Below are positions 19,504 to 27,655 of a DNA stretch of 64,000 bases, piece after piece. The position numbers were made by a program, and so were the translations under genes. Below the pieces are notes generated by a model. The model was not told where the DNA came from. It saw only the letters and a program-made list of their open reading frames with translations, and searched no databases. Location of the stretch: assembly GCA_018672055.1 (NCBI GenBank), contig JABHGM010000001.1, positions 672,977 to 736,976 on the forward strand. The letters are read 5' to 3'. This DNA is from a bacterium. Lineage in GTDB: Bacteria; Patescibacteriota; Patescibacteriia; UBA1558; UBA10009. Numbering within the stretch: the first letter of the stretch is position 1; every line of letters starts with the position of its first letter.

Positions 19504-20852
19504 TCTTGTTCAATTAATTCAATTTTAACAGGCATTACACCACCTCTTACATTACCAATCAAGCCATAAGCTACCTTATCTAAATCAATTATACGCTTTG
19601 TCCATAGTTCAGGACCATAATCATTAACCGTAATTATAACAGATTTGCCTCTATTTGAGCTATCACTCTGATTTGTTACTTTTATCTTACTACCTTTAGG
19701 AAAGTCACGTGAAGCGGCAAAATTACCACCTTTCCAGGCATACCAGCTAGCTTCACCTACCCAAGTATCAGTACTCTCAAATAATGCAATTGTTAATTCA
19801 GTAAGATTTGTTTCACCAGTTACAATATTAGTTTCATGATTATCAACAGATTGTAAGTAGTGCCACTCATTATTATCTAAATAATATACACTCTTAGCAA
19901 AATTATTATCTGATATATAACTTAATTTAAGTTCAATGAATGAACTTTTAGTTTTTTCTGAATCACAATAAATTTCATTAATTTTTTTAATGGTTGTTCT
20001 GTATACATTACCAGTACCTTCAGTTAAGTCCCAGGGATCTAAAATTTGAGATGCATACTTTAGTTGAAATGAATTAATTGCTTTAATTGTGTATGAATCA
20101 AATTCACCATCAGCTATTAATTTATGATTCTCATAATCTATTAAAAACTTTTGTAATTTTACCACATCATTAAAATCTTTTTTTACTTCATCAATATAAT
20201 TTTCTAAATATGGTTCACAGATGAATGGTACATTTGAATCACTTAAAGTTTCACTTATATTTATATCACTACTTAATTCAATGTTATATATTGGAGAAAC
20301 TCTTTTTAAAGAATTTTCTATTAATTCATTTGTAATTAATATATTAGTTGTAACTTTAGTCCCATCTATTACTTTAGGTAAAATTAATTCAAACTGACCA
20401 TCATTAAATACAATATTTTGTCCAGTACTTTCTAATTTTTCAACATCTAATAATTTAACTTTACCTTTTCTATTACTAAGTATTGCTTTAATTAAATTAT
20501 TATCGTAATCATAAATCACAGGAACTGATATCCAAGTTTTTAAACTAGTATTCCATTCATAGATTTGTTTTGTTTCATTTAAATCAGCTACAAAAGCTAT
20601 ATTAAATTTTGATTCATCATTAATTTCAGGTGAGATAAAATAGTACTTGTAATAATCATTTGATTTATAAATATGTACTTTTAATGATTCGTATTGATCT
20701 TGATCAATTAGTAATTTAAAATTGTTATCACTTGAACTAACAATTTGCTTTGCATTTAAATCATCAGAATTAAAATTACGGCTAATTGCTTTAGCCGAGT
20801 TAAATGGTATTATTAGTAATGTTAAAATGAATAATAATTTAATTAGTTGCAT
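19500..20852 (-). CDS. Secreted protein with C-terminal RlpA-like (DPBB) lytic transglycosylase domain and probable peptidoglycan-binding domain
   Basis: Signal peptide; DVVKLQKFL...DGEFD..T..AI..FQ; GEASWY, AASRDFP.GS.IKVTN, VNDYGP, RIIDL. Confidence 0.75.
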   Translation of the reverse strand: MQLIKLLFILTLLIIPFNSAKAISRNFNSDDLNAKQIVSSSDNNFKLLIDQDQYESLKVHIYKSNDYYKYYFISPEINDESKFNIAFVADLNETKQIYEWNTSLKTWISVPVIYDYDNNLIKAILSNRKGKVKLLDVEKLESTGQNIVFNDGQFELILPKVIDGTKVTTNILITNELIENSLKRVSPIYNIELSSDINISETLSDSNVPFICEPYLENYIDEVKKDFNDVVKLQKFLIDYENHKLIADGEFDSYTIKAINSFQLKYASQILDPWDLTEGTGNVYRTTIKKINEIYCDSEKTKSSFIELKLSYISDNNFAKSVYYLDNNEWHYLQSVDNHETNIVTGETNLTELTIALFESTDTWVGEASWYAWKGGNFAASRDFPKGSKIKVTNQSDSSNRGKSVIITVNDYGPELWTKRIIDLDKVAYGLIGNVRGGVMPVKIELIEQE

Positions 20853-20885
20853 CTTTATTTATTTTTATTATAATTAGTTATACTT

Positions 20886-20963
20886 GCCAACGTAGCTCAG
20901 TTAGGCTAGAGCAATCCCTTCGTAAGGGAAAGGTCGTCGGTTCGATTCCGACCGTTGGCTCCA
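20886..20963 (+). tRNA. tRNA-Thr(CGT)
   Basis: Acceptor GCCAACG/CGTTGGC, D arm GCTC/GAGC, anticodon loop TTCGTAA, T arm GTCGG-TTCGATT-CCGAC, encoded CCA. Confidence 0.95.
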
Positions 20964-22091
20964 CTAAATTCTTAATAATGTCACAATAGTAGCTTGTTGA
21001 ATCTGATCTTCTAAATATTCAATAAATGATGGTCTTTTTATAAATATATGACTAGCTTGATACAATGGTTCGTTTTCTTCGACCATTTTTTCATTTAATC
21101 TAATTATATGAAAACCATACCTTGTTTCAATTACTTCACTTATCTCACCTTCTCTTAGTTTTAATAATACAATCTCAAATTCAGGTACAGTTTCACCAAG
21201 TTTTATCCAGCCTAAATCACCAGATATTAATTTTGAGCTGTCCTGATTTATTTCAGAGGCTATCTCTTCAAATTGTGATTCATCTTCAATAACTACATCA
21301 TAAAAACCACTCATCTGACTTCTTATTTGATTTACACCATGTGATATATAAAAGTTTTCTTCTAACTTTTGAGCTAGTAATATAGGCCTTACTACTTTTT
21401 TAATATATGTTTTATAATTCCAACCATATAATTCTTCAGTAATATCACCAACTTCTTCATTTAAATTAGTTACACCTAATATTTCAATTAATTCCTCATC
21501 AATTTCTTCTTGTGTTAAATTTAGTTCTTTTTCATTAGCTAATTGTTCAATTACTTTTAATTCAATTATTTTTTCATATATTTGATTTCTAATTGACTCT
21601 TTATTGTAGTCTAAATTCTGTCGTGCAAAGTATTCAGTTAATATTTCTGAATCACTTAAAAAGTCATGAATACCTACAGATTCACCGTTAATATAAAAAG
21701 CAGGTAAGGGAATGTATCTACTTATTTGAGTTATAACAGGACTTTGCCATCTTCCTAGATATATACCTGCTAAAGTAATGCTAATTGATATTAAAATAAA
21801 AATGATTAAAGAACTGATAATAATTTTAAATTGCATCTTTGAATCAACTTTAATCATTTTCACAATACTCTTTTTATTTAAGTTGGATTTCTTTGATTTC
21901 TTTTTAATTATTGGCATCCGAGGAAGTAAAGGTTTATCTTTAATATTTTTAGCAGCTTTTTTCAAATTAGTTCCAATTTCTGACAAAATTACTTGACGCG
22001 CTTTATCAACATCAATATTATCAACATTTTCAGATCCTTCAGCAACTGCATCTTGAGTAATACTGTTTTCAATTTTTTTTTCATCTGCCAT
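20964..22091 (-). CDS. Membrane-anchored parvulin peptidylprolyl isomerase (PrsA/SurA-like)
   Basis: Single TM, SurA_N-like helices, GDLGW...VPEFE...EISEVIETRYGFHII. Confidence 0.85.
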   Translation of the reverse strand: MADEKKIENSITQDAVAEGSENVDNIDVDKARQVILSEIGTNLKKAAKNIKDKPLLPRMPIIKKKSKKSNLNKKSIVKMIKVDSKMQFKIIISSLIIFILISISITLAGIYLGRWQSPVITQISRYIPLPAFYINGESVGIHDFLSDSEILTEYFARQNLDYNKESIRNQIYEKIIELKVIEQLANEKELNLTQEEIDEELIEILGVTNLNEEVGDITEELYGWNYKTYIKKVVRPILLAQKLEENFYISHGVNQIRSQMSGFYDVVIEDESQFEEIASEINQDSSKLISGDLGWIKLGETVPEFEIVLLKLREGEISEVIETRYGFHIIRLNEKMVEENEPLYQASHIFIKRPSFIEYLEDQIQQATIVTLLRI

Positions 22092-22092
22092 A

Positions 22093-22503
22093 TTAATTTA
22101 TATTAAAAAAGTAGTTCCACCACTTTTGAGGATTAGTTAAATGAATAATATTAGCTGAAGTTAATACAGCGCTATCAAAAAATGATTCATTATCCTCTGT
22201 TAACTCATCTTCAGTTATAACAATTATCTTTTCCCCAGGTTTTCTTAAATTTAGCTTAGTTCTAGCTTCTTTTTCAACAAAATCTAATGTTTCAAAATAA
22301 CCTATTAAAGATGATAATTCTTGATTCTTATTTTCCAACTTACTAATCTCTTCATCCAATGCTTTAATATCACTTTGTAACTCTCGCCTGTTAATAACTT
22401 CATTAATTAGATTAAATGAAAAAAAAACTAAAATTAATAAACTTACGAATAATAAGCTCTTTGAATTGAATAATTGTTTACCAATATTACTATTTCTAAC
22501 CAT
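22093..22503 (-). CDS. Septum formation initiator, FtsB/DivIC family
   Basis: TM plus coiled coil plus EKEARTKLNLRKPGEKII. Confidence 0.85.
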   Translation of the reverse strand: MVRNSNIGKQLFNSKSLLFVSLLILVFFSFNLINEVINRRELQSDIKALDEEISKLENKNQELSSLIGYFETLDFVEKEARTKLNLRKPGEKIIVITEDELTEDNESFFDSAVLTSANIIHLTNPQKWWNYFFNIN

Positions 22504-22584
22504 ATATTATGGGTAAATTATAACATAAATAAAGGCTATCAGCAAAAATATACATATTCTTAAATATCTGCTAAAATATATACT

Positions 22585-22683
22585 ATGTTAAGAAGAAAAA
22601 CAGTAAAAATTATTTGGATAATCCTGAGTATATTTATCATTTGTTCAATGGTATTCTTTACTCTTGGCTCATTATTCTACTAG
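22585..22683 (+). CDS. Unannotated 32-aa single-TM small protein (DUF4044-like), probably leaderless
   Basis: MLRRKTVKIIWIILSIFIICSMVFFTLGSLFY*; TGcTAAAAT extended -10 ends 7 nt before the ATG; hairpin downstream. Confidence 0.65.
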   Translation: MLRRKTVKIIWIILSIFIICSMVFFTLGSLFY

Positions 22684-22693
22684 ATAGTTAAAT

Positions 22694-22729
22694 AAAAAAA
22701 TCCCTGTCATTTAAAACAACGGGGATTTT
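22694..22729. terminator. Probable bidirectional terminator
   Basis: aaaatccctgt...acggggatttt with flanking A and T runs, between convergent genes. Confidence 0.6.
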
Positions 22730-22745
22730 ATAATTGACAAAAGGA

Positions 22746-23348
22746 TTATTCACATTCAAAAAATTTGAAAATAGTTTCTATTTCATACTTTCCTTTTCCC
22801 AATGAATATGGATAGATATCTTTTAAGATATTAACTCCAGAGCTTTCAGTTACAGTGTCATCATTAAATCTTAAAAATTCACTAAAACTTCCTAGTTGTG
22901 CGTTAGTCCAACCTACTAAAGCTATCTTTAATTTGTTCACGTGTATTTTTGAATAACAAATTGATTCAAAAAACTTACAGCAAGTTTTTAATTGACCTGG
23001 AAATATTATAATACCATTTGCAATATCTAAAATGTCACTGAATGAATTTAAGCCAGACCTAAATGATCCATTACCGATCATCATATTTCCAACATTGAAA
23101 TTCTGATCTCGTGTTAGATCTCTATTAATTTGACTTAGTCTACACTCAATCTTTGGATATTCATTTCTATTTAATAAAGATTGTAACGATTTAATAATCA
23201 ACTCTGATTCTCCATCAATTACTATCTTTACTTCTCTTTTTAACAATCCATCACAGATTAGCTGTATATGACATTTTTTGGTACTTTCATCTTTTGATGA
23301 ACCCTTTAATCTTACTGGATTGCCTAATAATCCGATTATCTTATCCAC
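22746..23348 (-). CDS. Divergent LOG/SLOG-like protein (start revised to GTG at 23348)
   Basis: AAGGAGG 8 nt before GTG 23348; TTGACA-17-TAAAGT promoter (23409-23381) overlaps the track's TTG start; ANGIIIFPGQLKTCCKFFE...KIALVG resembles LOG sDafiv.PGGxGTxxE...Pivl. Confidence 0.55.
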   Translation of the reverse strand: MDKIIGLLGNPVRLKGSSKDESTKKCHIQLICDGLLKREVKIVIDGESELIIKSLQSLLNRNEYPKIECRLSQINRDLTRDQNFNVGNMMIGNGSFRSGLNSFSDILDIANGIIIFPGQLKTCCKFFESICYSKIHVNKLKIALVGWTNAQLGSFSEFLRFNDDTVTESSGVNILKDIYPYSLGKGKYEIETIFKFFECE

Positions 23349-23407
23349 AGTATTTTCCTCCTTGTTAAAGATCCTTTTAAACTTTAACAATTAAGTAAGT
23401 TGCTGTC

Positions 23408-23435
23408 AAAAAAGATGAGTTATACTCATCTTTTT
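23408..23435 (-). terminator. lepA terminator overlapping its stop codon
   Basis: aaaaagatgagt-tat-actcatcttttt perfect 12-bp stem. Confidence 0.75.
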
Positions 23436-25195
23436 AAAACTGCCATGAATGCTTCTTGTGGTATATCTACTTTACCAGACTGCATCATTTTCTTCTTACC
23501 TTTCTTTTGTTTTTCAAGTAATTTTCTCTTTCTCGTTACATCACCACCATATAACTTAGATGTAACATCTTTTCTTAGAGCTGAGAGTCGTTCAGCTGCA
23601 ACTATCTTACCACCCAAGGCTGCTTGTATTTTAACTACGAATTGTTGTTTAGGTAATACTTCTTTTAATGACTTAACGATTTTTTTACCTACAATATGTG
23701 ATTCATCTCTATATACAATTATTGAAAGAGATTCAACCATTTCTTCAGCTACTAAAATGTCCATTCTAACAACATCGGCCACCCTATAATCTAAAAGCTC
23801 ATAATTTAATGAAGCATAACCTGATGAAATACTTTTTAAGTTATCATAGAAATCAACTAAAATTGCAGATAGTGGAATAATATAATGTAAAATTACTCTA
23901 TTTTCATCTATATATTCTGTATTTTGATACTCACCTCTTTTTTCTTGAACCATTTTCATTATATTACCCATATAATCTTTAGGAGTAATAACATCAATTG
24001 TAACGTATGGTTCTTTAATTTCAGTAATAAAGTTTGGATCTGAGAGCTCATGTGGATTATGAATAACAATATCTTTACCATTTGATGTTTTTACTTGATA
24101 AGCAACTGAAGGTGTAGTAATTACTAAATCTAAATTATATTCTCTACTTAATCTTTCTTGAAATATTTCTAAATGTAGAAGTCCTAAAAACCCGCATCTA
24201 AAACCAAAGCCTAGAGCTGAAGAATTTTCTGGCTCATAGAATAAAGCAGAATCATTTAGTTTTAATTTATTGATAGCTTCACGTAATTTCTGATAATCAT
24301 CACCCTCTTTACAAAAAACACCAGCATAAACCATTGGTTTTACTTCTTTGTAACCTGGTAATGGTTTGCCAGAATTTTTAGCTAAAGTTATAGTATCACC
24401 AACACGTACATTAGATAATTCTTTCAAACCAGTAACAATGTATCCAATTTCACCAGCTACTAAACTTTTTGCCTTAACATATTTTGGTTTAAAATGACCT
24501 ACTTCTAATACTTCGGAAGTAGTATTAGTTGCTATGTATTCAATTTTATCCCCTATTTTAATAGTTCCATTTATAACCCTAACATCAGCAACTACACCTC
24601 TATACTCATCAAAAGATGAATCAAATATTAAGGCTTGTACATTCTCATCAGAATCTCCTTTAGGTTTAGGAGTTTTTTTAATTATTTCTTTTAAAACACT
24701 TTCTACATTAGCTCCTGTTTTAGCACTAACCTCAATTATATCTTCTTCCTTACAACCAACTAAATTAATAATCTCTTGTTTAACTTTTTTAGCATTAGCA
24801 GCAGGTAAATCAATTTTATTTACTACAGGTATAATTTCTAAATTTTGTTCAATGGCTAAGTATAGATTAGCTACAGTTTGTGCTTCTATGCCTTGTGTAG
24901 CATCAACTAAAAGCAAAGCTGATTCAACAGCAGCTAAAGAACGTGATACTTCATAAGTAAAATCAACATGACCTGGAGTATCAATTAAGTTTAAAATATA
25001 TCCTTCATATTCCATTCTAACTGGTTGAAGTTTTATAGTAATACCTCTTTCTCTTTCAATATCCATAGTATCCAATAACTGATCTTGCATTTTTCTAGAT
25101 TCAACAGTTTTAGTTAATTCTAAAAATCGATCAGCTAAAGTTGACTTGCCATGATCGATATGAGCTATTATACAAAAATTTCTTATCTTATCCAT
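23426..25195 (-). CDS. lepA: Elongation factor 4
   Basis: IRNFCIIAHIDHGKSTLADR, DTPGHVDF, GFRCGFLGLLH, YGGDVTRKRKLLEKQKKGK. Confidence 0.99.
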   Translation of the reverse strand: MDKIRNFCIIAHIDHGKSTLADRFLELTKTVESRKMQDQLLDTMDIERERGITIKLQPVRMEYEGYILNLIDTPGHVDFTYEVSRSLAAVESALLLVDATQGIEAQTVANLYLAIEQNLEIIPVVNKIDLPAANAKKVKQEIINLVGCKEEDIIEVSAKTGANVESVLKEIIKKTPKPKGDSDENVQALIFDSSFDEYRGVVADVRVINGTIKIGDKIEYIATNTTSEVLEVGHFKPKYVKAKSLVAGEIGYIVTGLKELSNVRVGDTITLAKNSGKPLPGYKEVKPMVYAGVFCKEGDDYQKLREAINKLKLNDSALFYEPENSSALGFGFRCGFLGLLHLEIFQERLSREYNLDLVITTPSVAYQVKTSNGKDIVIHNPHELSDPNFITEIKEPYVTIDVITPKDYMGNIMKMVQEKRGEYQNTEYIDENRVILHYIIPLSAILVDFYDNLKSISSGYASLNYELLDYRVADVVRMDILVAEEMVESLSIIVYRDESHIVGKKIVKSLKEVLPKQQFVVKIQAALGGKIVAAERLSALRKDVTSKLYGGDVTRKRKLLEKQKKGKKKMMQSGKVDIPQEAFMAVLKR

Positions 25196-25196
25196 A

Positions 25197-26777
25197 CTAT
25201 TTTTTAACTAATGGTTTTAAATATTTCATCATAAATCTCTTTACTATTACAACTTCTTCACATGAAGTAATTACACTAAGTATTATATATATAATAATAC
25301 CTGCTAAACCAGCAACTAAACCTTGAGTAAATACACCAATAAAGGTTCTCATATTAACTAAATCTGCCATTATTTGCAAGCAACCATACACTACAGTACC
25401 AGCAAGTACAGAATTTATAGAAGTTAATACTAAAGAATTAACTATTTTCTTATCATCTAAATTACCCATTCTAAAACGTAAAACAAAGAGTAGTCCTAAC
25501 ATATTAACAATAGCAGCAAAAGAAAAGGCCATAGCTAAACCTTCTACACCATATAATTTGCCTAAATAGAGAGAACCAACAATATTTAGAGTTATTGCCC
25601 CAAGTCCAATATAAACAGGTGTCTTAGTGTCTTCTAAGGCGTAAAAAGACCTAGCTAACATTGGAATCAAACTCTGAGCAAATAATGAGACAACAAACCA
25701 ACCTAAAGTTTGTGCTGTGTAATAGGTATCAGACCAATCAAAATTACCAAAACCAAGAATAACTCTAACAATTTGAGCACGAAGCAGAAGCATAAATACA
25801 GAAATTGGAATTATGAGAAATAGTAAACGTCTTAAATTAAGAGAAAAAGTTCTTTTAAAATCTGATTTATCATTACGAGCTAAGCTTTCTGTAAATGCAG
25901 GAAATACTGCAATAGCCAGTGATACACCAAATATAGAAGTTGGTAGGCTTTGTAAATTATTTGCTAAATTAAATACAGCAATTGAACCAACAGCTAAGGT
26001 AGAAGCAATACCAGTTATAACTAACTGATTAACTTGAGAAGCAGCTAGACCAATTGTTCTTGGAATCATTAATTTAAAAACACGTTTTACACTACCAGTT
26101 ATTTTCCAATTAAAACTATATCTATAGCCTACTTTTAGAACTTCAGGTATTTGTACAAGTAAATGTAAAACAGAACCAAAGACTACACCCCAAGCTAGAC
26201 CTTCAATACCCCAAATTGAATGAAAAAATGTTATACCTACAATAATACCTAAGTTATAGAAAACAGGTGCTAAAGAAAAAGTAAAAAACCTTTTTAATGA
26301 ATTTAAAATACCCCCTATTACATTAGATATAGTAAAAAATATAATACTAAGTAACATTATTCTAGATAAAGTAATAGTTTGCATTAATACTTCACCAGAA
26401 AAACCAGGTGTAATAATAGATACTAATTTAGGAGCAAAAATATACATTACTAAACTAATTAGTAATATAAAGACAACTAAGTAATTTAATAAAGTATTAG
26501 CTAGTAAAAAAGCTTGCTTCTTATTTCTAAACCAAGATCTAGTAAACACAGGAATAAATGCGGCAGCTAAAGCCCCGAGAACTAATGTATTAAAAACTAA
26601 ATCAGGTAATTTAAAAGCAGCATAGTAACTATCTAACATGCTGCCAGCACCAAAATATGAGGCAAGTAACCTATCCCTTACTAAACCAAGTATTTTACTT
26701 ATTATAGTAAAGAAAGTAATTAAGACTGCACCACCAGTAACAGTAGTACCCAATTTTTTCCAAATTATAGATAACAT
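25197..26777 (-). CDS. murJ: Lipid II flippase MurJ
   Basis: SKILGLVRD, AAFKLPD, AAFIPVF, RSFYALEDTKTPV. Confidence 0.95.
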   Translation of the reverse strand: MLSIIWKKLGTTVTGGAVLITFFTIISKILGLVRDRLLASYFGAGSMLDSYYAAFKLPDLVFNTLVLGALAAAFIPVFTRSWFRNKKQAFLLANTLLNYLVVFILLISLVMYIFAPKLVSIITPGFSGEVLMQTITLSRIMLLSIIFFTISNVIGGILNSLKRFFTFSLAPVFYNLGIIVGITFFHSIWGIEGLAWGVVFGSVLHLLVQIPEVLKVGYRYSFNWKITGSVKRVFKLMIPRTIGLAASQVNQLVITGIASTLAVGSIAVFNLANNLQSLPTSIFGVSLAIAVFPAFTESLARNDKSDFKRTFSLNLRRLLFLIIPISVFMLLLRAQIVRVILGFGNFDWSDTYYTAQTLGWFVVSLFAQSLIPMLARSFYALEDTKTPVYIGLGAITLNIVGSLYLGKLYGVEGLAMAFSFAAIVNMLGLLFVLRFRMGNLDDKKIVNSLVLTSINSVLAGTVVYGCLQIMADLVNMRTFIGVFTQGLVAGLAGIIIYIILSVITSCEEVVIVKRFMMKYLKPLVKK

Positions 26778-26849
26778 ATATAGGTATTAATAAACCTCAA
26801 TTTGCATGAGGTATAACTGATATATTATAGCAAAAAAATCGAATTTAAT

Positions 26850-27554
26850 AAAACAAAAAGCTGCGCTATTAGTTAAACATTTTAAAATAATTTTAAGGAG
26901 AGAGATTTCCGTATAAATACGGATAAAATTATTTTAAAATACTAAAGGCGCAGCTTTTTATCTACAACTAAATTAATGGAGGGTGAATCCCGCTTTGAAA
27001 CGGGCAGAATGATATTTTAGCAAGTTCTTAGTAAAGAAAGAGATCTCACCAAGAAAAGAATGCTAATTTATTAAACTGTTGACAAGCTTTTTAAACAAAT
27101 TAATAAGCTCTCCCCCTCCAATAACTTAGTTGTAAATAACACCGCAAAATATACTAATTTTTAAATATACTTTGATAGTGTGCCAAGGATAAGAAATTAA
27201 AATTTATTTTTATATAAATTATTTCAAATCCTTGGCAATTACTACTTTATCCGTTCTTTTGGGAATATACTATATTTACTTCTAAAATATTTGATCAAGT
27301 TTAATATGTATTCCCCCGGATATTCAACGTTTAGTTGAATTGTGAAATGCAATTAGATTGCATATGGTTGTTTTATCAATAAGTTACTCATAATATTATT
27401 AAACTGGAATATTAGTAGTTACTTTTGATTTTTAAGTTGCCTTATCTTATGATATATCTCCAGGCAAATCTCTCCTTTTTAAGATTGTTTTGGTTTTTAT
27501 TTCCGGCACTTCAGCATCTTGCAGTTTAGATAGTTTTCTAACTCTTAGCAAGAA
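26850..27554 (-). ncRNA. Candidate large (~700 nt) structured non-coding RNA of unrecognised class
   Basis: No ORF of 60 aa or more in an 878-bp gap; at least 12 nested helices; G-U wobbles consistent only with the minus strand; own promoter; terminal stem plus U-tract. Confidence 0.75.
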
Positions 27555-27560
27555 TCAATC

Positions 27561-27589
27561 ATAATAGCACATATATGTATAAATGTCAA
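27561..27589 (-). promoter_or_regulatory. Sigma70 promoter of the candidate ncRNA
   Basis: TTGACA (27589-27584), 17 nt, TATTAT (27566-27561); predicted TSS ~27554 coincides with the first hairpin. Confidence 0.7.
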
Positions 27590-27610
27590 GGATATGGGTT
27601 AAAATGTATT

Positions 27611-27633
27611 AAAAAAAGGCTAATGTTAGCCTT
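27611..27633 (-). terminator. Terminator of the DUF4012 gene
   Basis: aaggctaa-tg-ttagcctt inverted repeat with U-tract on minus; isolates the ncRNA promoter. Confidence 0.7.
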
Positions 27634-27655
27634 AAATAAGATATTATAAAATATT

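Noticed and set aside
23349-23390. Track start (TTG 23390) of the LOG-like ORF
   Set aside because: It lies inside the promoter spacer; the SD-led GTG at 23348 fits better.
26850-27554. Identification of the structured region as RNase P RNA, tmRNA, SRP RNA or a group I/II intron
   Set aside because: No GAGGAAAGUCC or ACAGAA..CGGCUUA (RNase P), no GGAAGGAAGCAG-type motif (SRP), no GUGCG or domain V (group II), and no interrupted host gene. A CCCG-UUUCAAAG-CGGG hairpin before CCCUCCA and a stop codon in the 27347-63 hairpin loop are tmRNA-like, but the spacing is wrong and there is no G3-U70 alanine acceptor stem. Judged by eye only.
26778-27554. Riboswitch or leader controlling murJ-lepA
   Set aside because: murJ has its own extended -10 (TGcTATAAT, ~26832-26824) downstream of the RNA's terminal U-tract. 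Readthrough cannot be excluded but is not needed.
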